From contig NZ_AYPQ01000007.1 of assembly GCF_000633635.1 (NCBI RefSeq), positions 109,194 to 133,193 of the forward strand: a stretch of 24,000 nt of DNA. Reading direction: 5' to 3'. Within the stretch, counting starts at the first letter, position 1; each line of letters opens with the position of its first letter. The notes below the pieces were generated by a model. That model saw only the letters and a program-made list of their open reading frames with translations. It had not been told where the DNA came from and ran no database searches. The stretch comes from Enterococcus crotali (GTDB taxonomy: Bacteria; Bacillota; Bacilli; Lactobacillales; Enterococcaceae). The translations under genes were made by a program, and so were the position numbers. Shown in pieces: positions 10,227-17,816 of the stretch.

Positions 10227-10307
10227 ATGCTCATCCTTACTTAATTTTCTATCCTTACTTTATCGAAAAAAACTGATGAAGTCAAAATAATCTCGGAGGT
10301 GTCATTC

Positions 10308-11249
10308 TTGAACAGTTTTGGAAAATATTTTCTTAAACGGGTCTTCTTTATGATCATCACATTGTGGCTGATCGCAACGATTACGTTTTTCTTAATGCAA
10401 TTATTACCAGGTACTCCTTATACCAACCAAGAAAAACTTAGTCCAGAAACAATCGCTATGTTGAACAAGCAATCAGGTTTAGATAAACCGGTGATCGTTC
10501 AATATGGAATTTACTTAAAAAATCTGCTAGTGGGCGATTTTGGAATTTCTTTCCAATTTAAAAACCAACCAGTAGCAAAACTTTTAGCAGGCCGTATCGG
10601 ACCTTCAGTACAATTAGGTGCGCAGGCAATCATCTTTGGTACGCTAGTAGGGATTTTACTAGGGATCATTGCAGCGATGCGCCAAAATACATGGGTGGAT
10701 ACATTAGCAACTTTAATGGCAATCTTAGGGCGTTCGATTCCTAACTTTGTTTTTGCGGTATTACTGCAATATATCTTTGCTATGAAATTAAAAGTATTAC
10801 CAATCGCAATGTGGAATGGGTTTGCTTATACGATTTTACCAACGATCGCGTTAGCAATGAGTCCAATGGCCGATTCCGCCAGGTTTATACGAACCGAGAT
10901 GGTCGAAGTTTTACATAGTGACTATGTAGAGTTGGCGCGTGCCAAAGGCTTGAGTCGCTGGCAAGTGGCCGTAAGACATGGACTTAGAAATAGTTTGATT
11001 CCTTTGATTACATTACTTGGTCCATTAGCTGTTGGTTTGATGACTGGATCTTTAGTTGTTGAAAATATTTTTGCTATCCCAGGTATTGGGGAGCAATTTG
11101 TAAAATCGATCATGACCAATGACTACCCAACAATTATGGCAGTAACTATTCTATATTCTGCTTTATTAGTATTTGTAATCTTGATCGTTGATTTACTTTA
11201 TGGATTGATCGATCCAAGAATTCGTGTTTCAGGAGGTGCCAAAGGTTAA
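10308..11249 (+). CDS. oppB: Oligopeptide ABC transporter permease
   Basis: BPD-type permease with the EAA-like loop (SDYVELARAKGLS). I prefer the TTG at 10308, 8 nt after GGAGG (10295-10299). The ORF-track GTG at 10299 overlaps the SD itself. Confidence 0.85.
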   Translation: MNSFGKYFLKRVFFMIITLWLIATITFFLMQLLPGTPYTNQEKLSPETIAMLNKQSGLDKPVIVQYGIYLKNLLVGDFGISFQFKNQPVAKLLAGRIGPSVQLGAQAIIFGTLVGILLGIIAAMRQNTWVDTLATLMAILGRSIPNFVFAVLLQYIFAMKLKVLPIAMWNGFAYTILPTIALAMSPMADSARFIRTEMVEVLHSDYVELARAKGLSRWQVAVRHGLRNSLIPLITLLGPLAVGLMTGSLVVENIFAIPGIGEQFVKSIMTNDYPTIMAVTILYSALLVFVILIVDLLYGLIDPRIRVSGGAKG

Positions 11250-12301
11250 TGGAAACAGTTGACTTAAACAATGTCCCAGAAAAAATCAAAAAGATACCTG
11301 CAAATGACTTCCAGCCTTTGGATACATCAACAACAAAGGAACGTGAACGAATTGCGACACCGTCATTAAGCTTCTTACAAGATTCTTGGCGTCGTTTGAA
11401 AAAAAATAAAGCAGCTGTGATTTCCTTGATTCTTTTAGGGATCATCATCTTTATTTCAATTATTACTATTTGGGTTTCACCTCATGACCCAACCCAACAA
11501 AATGTAGCTTATATCAATTTACCACCGCGTATTCCGATTTTAGACAGTATCAATGGCTTCAATGGAACAGCCACAGTCGCTGGAAAAGTTGTTGATAAAT
11601 ACGCACAAGCCAATGTTCCTGATAATGTAAACTTCTTCCTAGGAACAGACGGATTAGGCCGTGATGTATTGAGCCGTTTATTCATGGGAACACGTATCTC
11701 ATTATTGATCGCATTTATCGCAGCCTTACTTGATATTACGATCGGTGTAACATACGGTTTGATTTCAGGACTATTAGGCGGACGTGTGGATACAGTGATG
11801 CAACGTATCTTAGAAGTTCTTTCAGGAATTCCTAACCTTGTTGTGATGATCTTGATGCTGACTGTTTTTGATCCAGGTATTTTATCAATCGTGTTAGCGA
11901 TGGTTATTACCAACTGGATTTCGATGGCCAGGATCGTTCGGGCTCAGACCTTGAAATTAAAAGATCAAGAGTTCGTTTTAGCCGCCCAAACATTAGGTGA
12001 ATCTCGTTTGAAGATCGCCGTAAAACATATTTTGCCGAATATCTCAAGTGTGATCATCGTTCAAATGATGTTCAGTATTCCATCGGCAATTTTCTTCGAA
12101 GCGTTTCTAAGTTTCATCGGTTTAGGATTAAGACCGCCGACCGCTTCTCTTGGAACATTATTAAATGAAGGATATAAAACGTTCCGTTTCCTTCCATATT
12201 TGATGTGGATTCCTGCCGTAACTTTGTCAGTCGTAATGATTTGTTTCAACTTGTTAGCTGACGGACTACGTGATGCCTTCGATCCTAAGATGAAAGAGTA
12301 G
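11249..12301 (+). CDS. oppC: Oligopeptide ABC transporter permease
   Basis: 350 aa, OppC/DppC-like, with an N-terminal extension followed by six TM segments. The start overlaps the oppB stop (TAATG, 11247-11251). Confidence 0.9.
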   Translation: METVDLNNVPEKIKKIPANDFQPLDTSTTKERERIATPSLSFLQDSWRRLKKNKAAVISLILLGIIIFISIITIWVSPHDPTQQNVAYINLPPRIPILDSINGFNGTATVAGKVVDKYAQANVPDNVNFFLGTDGLGRDVLSRLFMGTRISLLIAFIAALLDITIGVTYGLISGLLGGRVDTVMQRILEVLSGIPNLVVMILMLTVFDPGILSIVLAMVITNWISMARIVRAQTLKLKDQEFVLAAQTLGESRLKIAVKHILPNISSVIIVQMMFSIPSAIFFEAFLSFIGLGLRPPTASLGTLLNEGYKTFRFLPYLMWIPAVTLSVVMICFNLLADGLRDAFDPKMKE

Positions 12302-12306
12302 AGTGA

Positions 12307-13368
12307 ATGACTATGGAAAAAGTATTAGAAGTAAAAGACTTACAGATTTCTTTTGATACGTTTGCTGGAAAAGTAAATGCTATTCGTGGTGTTAGCTTTG
12401 AGCTGTTCAAAGGGGAAACTCTTGCAATCGTAGGAGAATCTGGTAGTGGTAAATCAGTTACTACTAGAAGTATCATGCGATTATTGAGCAGCAATGCAAA
12501 CATCGATAATGGAGAAATTCTGTTTAAAGGTGAAGATATCGTACACAAAACGGAAAAACAAATGCAAACCATTCGTGGGAAAGAAATTGCAATGATTTTC
12601 CAAGATCCAATGACCTCATTGGACCCAACGATGCCGATCGGCAAACAAGTTGCGGAATCGTTGATCAAACACAATAAAGTTTCTAAAAAAGAAGGCTTAG
12701 ATCAAGCATTAGAATTATTAAAATTAGTAGGGATTCCAAACGCTGAAAAACGTTTGAAAAACTATCCTCACCAATTTTCAGGTGGACAACGTCAACGGAT
12801 CGTTATTGCGATCGCTTTGATTTGTTACCCAGAAGTTCTAATTGCAGATGAGCCGACAACAGCCTTGGATGTTACGATCCAAGCGCAAATTTTAGAGCTA
12901 TTAAAAGATTTACAACAAAAAATCAGCACATCGATTATTTTTATCACCCATGATTTAGGAGTGGTAGCCAATGTGGCTGATCGTGTAGCTGTTATGTATG
13001 GCGGACGTTTAGTGGAAGTGGGAACATCAGAAGAGATTTTCTACAATCCACAACATCCATATACATGGGGATTACTTGGTTCTATGCCAACAATGGAAGG
13101 AACGGAAGATAAGCTATATGCGATTCCAGGTTCACCTCCAGATTTGTTAGATCCGCCAAAAGGCGATGCTTTCTATCCGCGTAATGAGTTTGCAATGAAG
13201 ATCGACGCAGAAGAAGCACCACCGTATTTTGAAGTATCACCAACTCATAAAGCTGCAACGTGGTTATTAGCGCCACAAGCGCCAAAAATCACCCCTCCAG
13301 CTGAAATTGTAAGACGTTGGGCAATTTATGCTGAACGCCATAATACGACTGCAGGAGGCGTTAAATAA
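12307..13368 (+). CDS. oppD: Oligopeptide ABC transporter ATP-binding protein
   Basis: Walker A GESGSGKS, signature FSGGQRQR, Walker B LIADEPTTALD, and an OppD-type C-terminal extension. Confidence 0.9.
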   Translation: MTMEKVLEVKDLQISFDTFAGKVNAIRGVSFELFKGETLAIVGESGSGKSVTTRSIMRLLSSNANIDNGEILFKGEDIVHKTEKQMQTIRGKEIAMIFQDPMTSLDPTMPIGKQVAESLIKHNKVSKKEGLDQALELLKLVGIPNAEKRLKNYPHQFSGGQRQRIVIAIALICYPEVLIADEPTTALDVTIQAQILELLKDLQQKISTSIIFITHDLGVVANVADRVAVMYGGRLVEVGTSEEIFYNPQHPYTWGLLGSMPTMEGTEDKLYAIPGSPPDLLDPPKGDAFYPRNEFAMKIDAEEAPPYFEVSPTHKAATWLLAPQAPKITPPAEIVRRWAIYAERHNTTAGGVK

Positions 13369-14327
13369 TGAGTGAAAAAAGAAAAGTACTTTTAGATGTT
13401 AAAGGACTAAAACAATACTTTAACGTTGGGCGCCCTGACGAAGTTAGAGCAGTTGACGACATCAGTTTTCATATCTACGAAGGTGAAACATTTGGACTAG
13501 TAGGAGAATCTGGTAGTGGTAAATCAACAACTGGACGTAGTGTGATCCGTTTATACGATCCGACTGGTGGAGAAATCATTTTCAATGGTGACGATATCAG
13601 TAAAATTCGTTCAAAATCAGGAATGCAAGCATTCCGTCGTGAAGTACAAATGATCTTCCAAGATCCTTATGCTTCATTGAACCCAAGAATGAAAGTCAAC
13701 GATATCATTGCTGAAGGGATTGACATTAACCATTTAGCGAAAGATGCTGCTGAACGTGAAGCTAAGGTCAACGAATTACTAAAAGTCGTTGGACTTGATC
13801 CGAGCCATGGTACACGTTATCCGCATGAATTTTCAGGTGGACAACGTCAACGGATCGGAATCGCCAGAGCCTTAGCTGTTGATCCTCGTTTCATCATCTG
13901 TGATGAGCCGATTTCAGCGTTGGATGTATCGATTCAAGCGCAAGTAGTTAACTTATTGCAAGACTTACAAAAAGATGCTGGTCTGACTTATTTGTTTATT
14001 GCCCATGATTTATCAATGGTAAAACATATAAGTGACCGTATCGGTGTAATGCATAGCGGTAGATTATTGGAAATGGGTTCAAGTGATGATGTGTATAACT
14101 TTGGTGTGCATCCGTATACTGAAAGTTTACTATCAGCTATCCCATTGCCTGATCCAGATTATGAACGGACACGTAAACGTATCGTTTATAAACCACAACC
14201 TGAAGACAATAAAGAACGTAAACTAAGAGAAATCACTCCTGAACATTATGTTTATTGTTCTGAAGACGAAGTTGAAGGGTACCGTAAAAAAATCGAAGAG
14301 AAAAAAGCCAGAGCGAATCACGCATAG
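13368..14327 (+). CDS. oppF: Oligopeptide ABC transporter ATP-binding protein
   Basis: Walker A GESGSGKST, signature FSGGQRQR, Walker B IICDEPISALD. The start overlaps the oppD stop (TAATG, 13366-13370). Confidence 0.9.
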   Translation: MSEKRKVLLDVKGLKQYFNVGRPDEVRAVDDISFHIYEGETFGLVGESGSGKSTTGRSVIRLYDPTGGEIIFNGDDISKIRSKSGMQAFRREVQMIFQDPYASLNPRMKVNDIIAEGIDINHLAKDAAEREAKVNELLKVVGLDPSHGTRYPHEFSGGQRQRIGIARALAVDPRFIICDEPISALDVSIQAQVVNLLQDLQKDAGLTYLFIAHDLSMVKHISDRIGVMHSGRLLEMGSSDDVYNFGVHPYTESLLSAIPLPDPDYERTRKRIVYKPQPEDNKERKLREITPEHYVYCSEDEVEGYRKKIEEKKARANHA

Positions 14328-14346
14328 TCGTTTTGCAAACTAAATC

Positions 14347-14387
14347 CTAGCTAGGAAAAAGACTATTTTTTCTTAGCTAGAATTTTT
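14347..14387 (+). terminator. Intrinsic terminator of the opp operon
   Basis: A 14-bp stem (CTAGCTAGGAAAAA pairing with TTTTTCTTAGCTAG, one G-U pair) with a 6-nt loop, followed by AATTTTT. Confidence 0.7.
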
Positions 14388-14475
14388 AAAAAATGGGATG
14401 AAAAAAATGAAATGACTAGTAGAACTATTTCTTCTTTGAAAGAGTTCATAACTTACTTGTCAAGGTGGTCAAATA

Positions 14476-15603
14476 ATGAAGGTATTAAAGGCGTATAAAT
14501 ACAGACTTTACCCTACTTCATTGCAAGAGGAGTTCATTAAAAAAACTTTTTCTTGTGTACGGCTTGTGTATAACCTTTTATTACAGGAGAGAATTCAGCT
14601 GTATAAAGAACTGAAAGAAAATCCAGATTTAAAAGTAAAAATGCCAACACCAGCTCAATATAAAAAAGAGTATCCTTGTTTAAAGGAAGTGGATAGTTTA
14701 GCATTGGCAAATGCACAGGTTTACTTGGATCGAGCGTTCAAAAAATTTCATAGAGAAAAAGCAGTTGGTTTTCCTAAGCTAAAGCAAAAGAAAAACGCTG
14801 TTTGCTCCTACACAACGAATAATCAAAATGGTACAATTAAAATCATTGATGAGAAGTATTTAAAAGTGCCTAAGCTAAAATCGTTGATGAAAATGAAGAT
14901 GCATCGTCCAGTAATAGGGAAAATAAAGTCAGCGACAATTTCTTTGACTCCCAGCAATAAGTATTTCGTTTCAATCTTGTGTGAAGAAGAAATTCCGGCA
15001 GTTGAGAAGACGCATTTTGCAATCGGGATCACATTAGGCGCTTCTGAATTTGCTGTATTATCAAATGGCAGACGTTTTGACAATGATAAATATACAAAGG
15101 AATTTGAACGGCGGATCACGAGAGAAGAAAGAAAACTGAGGCGACGTAAAGAAATTGCAAAAATAAAAGGAACAGATCTTTCTCAGCAAAAAAACTACCA
15201 GAAACAAAAAGTGAAAGTTGTAAAAATGCGGGAAAAGTTGATGAATCAACGAATTGATTTTCTAAATAAAATCACGACAGAAATCGTTAGAAAGTATGAC
15301 TTGATTTGTATAGAAGATATTCATCAAGCAGATTTTTATAGAAATAATAAACTACATCGAGGCGTTACGGATGTTTCTTGGGCCTTGTTTGTTTCAAAGT
15401 TAGAATATAAAGCATCGTGGTATAACAAAAGATTGATTAAGGTTTCCGTGTGCCACAAATGTTCTGAACATTCAGATAATACCCGGATAAGTAAACTATT
15501 TTTTCATGAGATAAACGAAAAAAAGGGCAGGCAAGATCCAGAAACAGCGGCCAGTATTCAGGTACTGACACAGGGATTAAAAGAAGCAACTGTCAATGAC
15601 TAA
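14476..15603 (+). CDS. tldR: TnpB-like protein (IS200/IS605 OrfB lineage) with a degenerate RuvC/zinc-finger region; candidate nuclease-dead RNA-guided regulator (TldR-type)
   Basis: 375 aa. The N-terminus (KAYKYRLYPTSLQEEFIKKTFSCVRLVYN) and core are TnpB-like. The RuvC-I motif reads GITLG instead of GIDLG (Thr186, ACA at 15031-15033). RuvC-II Glu is retained (ICIED, Glu280). Only the first CxxC is present (CHKC, residues 326-329). The RuvC-III DRDxNAAxNI motif is degenerate (RQDPETAASIQV). SD GGTGG lies 7 nt before the ATG. No tnpA or IS ends are nearby. Confidence 0.75.
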   Translation: MKVLKAYKYRLYPTSLQEEFIKKTFSCVRLVYNLLLQERIQLYKELKENPDLKVKMPTPAQYKKEYPCLKEVDSLALANAQVYLDRAFKKFHREKAVGFPKLKQKKNAVCSYTTNNQNGTIKIIDEKYLKVPKLKSLMKMKMHRPVIGKIKSATISLTPSNKYFVSILCEEEIPAVEKTHFAIGITLGASEFAVLSNGRRFDNDKYTKEFERRITREERKLRRRKEIAKIKGTDLSQQKNYQKQKVKVVKMREKLMNQRIDFLNKITTEIVRKYDLICIEDIHQADFYRNNKLHRGVTDVSWALFVSKLEYKASWYNKRLIKVSVCHKCSEHSDNTRISKLFFHEINEKKGRQDPETAASIQVLTQGLKEATVND

Positions 15604-15748
15604 GTAAAAAAAACTGTAGGGACTACAGGGTTAGCCTAGGGCATATAAGATAGATATAGCGTTTAGTCGATCATTTGTCTTTTTCTAGGAAATTTCTAGT
15701 TAATAGAAATAGTTCACTAATTATTAGTTGATAAAAAATCAAACTTTG
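15560..15748 (+). ncRNA. Candidate omega-RNA-like guide RNA (scaffold plus short guide); boundaries approximate
   Basis: Stem-loops at 15614-15628, 15685-15710 and 15716-15728 are followed by TAAAAAATCAA (15732-15742), the exact complement of the oppA -35 region (7880-7890). The position is where a TnpB scaffold would be expected to end. There is no direct evidence of transcription, and the 5' end is unknown. Confidence 0.35.
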
Positions 15749-15865
15749 TTCTACTTATTCAAGTAAGTAATCTTCTTGGGTAAATAGAATGAAGTTTTTT
15801 GCCGTCTTTGATGAAATATATAGTACAATAATATTAAGTAAACTGATCCAAAAGGAGGATGATCA

Positions 15866-16651
15866 ATGAGAGAGTATAAAGCACTTGTGTTTTTTGATTT
15901 AGACGGTACATTATTAGGGACAGACTCAAAAATTTCCAAAGAAAACCATCAAGCAATTATGGCGTTGAAGCAAAATAAGATTCTACCACTGATTGCAAGC
16001 GGACGTTCACCAAAAGAAATCAGACAAATCACTACTGGAACTGCAATCGATTCTTATGTAAGTTTGAATGGTCAATTTAATGTGGTTGAAAATCAAGTGG
16101 TTTCAAAGCACCCGATCCCCTTAAAATTGATTCAAGAATTGATGGCGTTTTCTAAAGTACAAGGTCATTCGCTCGCTTGTTACACAGAAAATGACTATGC
16201 TACGCGCTATACAAACGCCAGTATGGAAAAATTGTATCAATTAGATAATGCACCATTGCCCCAAATTTCAAAAGACTTCCACCAAGAAAATGAGATCTAC
16301 ATGCTGTATCTTTTTTCAGAGGACGAAAGCAAAGATCCGCTGTATATAACAGAATTCTCCGATAAGTTGACTTTTTTCAGAGACAGTCCTTACTCGTTGG
16401 CCATCGTATTAAACGGACAATCAAAAAAAGCTGGTATTCAAGAAGTCATAAAAGCATTGGATTTAGTTGGGTTACCAACCTATGCCTTTGGCGATGGCAA
16501 TAACGATCTAGGGATGTTTGAAGCGGTAGAAACAGCCATAGCTATGGATAACGCAGGAGATCATGTAAAGAGCCAAGCAGATTTTATTACAAAGTCTCAT
16601 ATGGATGATGGTATTCGTTTTGCCTTAAAGCATTTTGAATTAATTGATTGA
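15866..16651 (+). CDS. Cof-type HAD-IIB family hydrolase (sugar-phosphatase-like)
   Basis: 261 aa with motif I FFDLDGTLL, motif III/IV ...K..GI...FGDGNNDLGMF. SD AAGGAGG lies upstream. Confidence 0.85.
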   Translation: MREYKALVFFDLDGTLLGTDSKISKENHQAIMALKQNKILPLIASGRSPKEIRQITTGTAIDSYVSLNGQFNVVENQVVSKHPIPLKLIQELMAFSKVQGHSLACYTENDYATRYTNASMEKLYQLDNAPLPQISKDFHQENEIYMLYLFSEDESKDPLYITEFSDKLTFFRDSPYSLAIVLNGQSKKAGIQEVIKALDLVGLPTYAFGDGNNDLGMFEAVETAIAMDNAGDHVKSQADFITKSHMDDGIRFALKHFELID

Positions 16652-16669
16652 TTGAAAGGAAGCGAGAAA

Positions 16670-17470
16670 ATGACAGTAAAAATGATTGCAGTAGATATGG
16701 ACGGCACGTTTTTAAATAGCCAGCAAGAGTATGACCGAGAAAGATTCGATGACTTGTACAAAAAAATGAAGCAGAAAAATGTTCGGTTTGTTGTAGCAAG
16801 TGGTAATCAGTATTACCAACTTAAATCTTTTTTTCCAGAAATCGAGACGGAATTATCCTTTGTGGCTGAAAATGGTGCGTATGTGGTTAGTGAAGGCCAA
16901 GAAGTTTTTACAGGTGAGATCGATCCAGAAGTCGTGCAAGATGTTCTGACTATTTTAGCGAACTTTGAGCATGGGCATATCATTCTTTGTGGGAAAAACA
17001 GCGCGTATGTTGCTGAGGATGAGCCTACTTCATTTATTGAACATGGCAGTAAATATTATCATCGTTTGAAAAAAGTACCAAGTTTATTCGATGTAAAAGA
17101 CGATACTTTGTTCAAGTTCGCCTTGAGTTTTCCTGTTGAGCAAGTAGCAGAAGTACTGGAGCAGTTGCATGAAGCATTAGGTGATAAAGTCATCCCAGTA
17201 TCAAGTGGGCATGGCGATGTAGATTTGATCATTCCGGGCATCCACAAAGCGCATGGATTGATGAAACTACAAGAATTATGGGGAATCAAAAATCATGAAA
17301 TAGCCGCGTTTGGAGACAGCGGTAATGATATAGAGATGCTAAAACATGCTGGATTTAGTTATGTCATGAGTAATGGGCAACCTAATGTCAAGGTAGCTGC
17401 TAAAGAAATCATCTTATCTAACGATGAAAATGGTGTGTTAGTGAAGATCGCAGAGTTATTAGAACAATAA
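16670..17470 (+). CDS. Cof-type HAD-IIB family hydrolase (paralog)
   Basis: Motifs AVDMDGTFLN and FGDSGNDIEML. I prefer the ATG at 16670 (MTVKMIAVDMDG), 7 nt after AAGGAAG. The ORF-track TTG at 16652 directly abuts the upstream stop. Confidence 0.85.
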   Translation: MTVKMIAVDMDGTFLNSQQEYDRERFDDLYKKMKQKNVRFVVASGNQYYQLKSFFPEIETELSFVAENGAYVVSEGQEVFTGEIDPEVVQDVLTILANFEHGHIILCGKNSAYVAEDEPTSFIEHGSKYYHRLKKVPSLFDVKDDTLFKFALSFPVEQVAEVLEQLHEALGDKVIPVSSGHGDVDLIIPGIHKAHGLMKLQELWGIKNHEIAAFGDSGNDIEMLKHAGFSYVMSNGQPNVKVAAKEIILSNDENGVLVKIAELLEQ

Positions 17471-17472
17471 GC

Positions 17473-17563
17473 AATCAAGACGAGCATGAGACAAAACTAA
17501 AGGTTAGTTCCGATTTGCGCTCTAAACGCGAATAAACGCTTTTGTCTCGGCCTTGTCTTGATT
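17473..17563. repeat. Long imperfect inverted repeat
   Basis: AATCAAGAC...GAGACAAAA (17473-17496) pairs with TTTTGTCTC...GTCTTGATT (17540-17563), with a small internal GCG/CGC stem. An A-run rather than a T-run follows. Confidence 0.5.
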
Positions 17564-17573
17564 AAAAAAAGTG

Positions 17574-17602
17574 TTGACAAAAATGAATTAATATCATATA
17601 CT
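17574..17602 (+). promoter_or_regulatory. Sigma-A promoter of the infC-rpmI-rplT operon
   Basis: Consensus -35 TTGACA (17574-17579), a 17-nt spacer, then -10 TATACT (17597-17602). Confidence 0.7.
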
Positions 17603-17741
17603 ATTAAAGTTGAGAAATGAAAGCAGAAGCACCCGCTTCTCGCCTTAGCTGACAGTGTCACTGGGCTGGATATAGGATTCCTTATGTCAATTGATATAAG
17701 TCTGAATCATTCGCGGGGTCTGTATACAGAGCCTGTTTTTT
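17603..17741 (+). promoter_or_regulatory. L20-leader-type ribosomal-protein leader with attenuator terminator
   Basis: A leader of about 215 nt lies between the promoter and infC, as in Firmicutes where L20 controls the operon by attenuation. A terminator hairpin (CGGGGTCTGTATACAGAGCCTG, 17714-17735) is followed by TTTTTT. The L20-binding fold itself was not verified. Confidence 0.55.
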
Positions 17742-17816
17742 ATTGTATTTTTTACAATAGCAGACTTTGAAGAAAAGGTTTCAGCAATGATTTTCTCTTA
17801 AAAAACTTGGAGGTGA

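Noticed and set aside
8536-12674. Antisense or out-of-frame ORFs within the opp genes (8536-8850, 9982-10167, 10922-11119, 11146-11448, 11509-11913, 12061-12249, 12285-12674), and similar ones inside the mva, HAD, infC and tldR genes.
   Set aside because: These are shadow ORFs opposite or overlapping strongly supported genes. None has an SD or a recognisable domain.
15637-15644. TAGGGCAT just after the relic TnpB stop also occurs at 7960-7967, immediately upstream of the oppA SD (12 of 15 identity over the surrounding 15 nt). I considered it as the guide/target pair.
   Set aside because: The segment corresponds to the degenerate ...A-C-G-E codons of the ancestral TnpB tail, so it lies inside the expected RNA scaffold rather than at its 3' end. 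An 8-mer match is expected several times by chance between these regions.
14476-15865. Annotating the region as an active IS200/IS605-family insertion sequence.
   Set aside because: There is no tnpA. I could not find matching left-end and right-end subterminal hairpins. The RuvC and zinc-ribbon motifs are degenerate. The gene has a clean SD and sits in a fixed operon-flanking position. Copy number cannot be assessed from one window.
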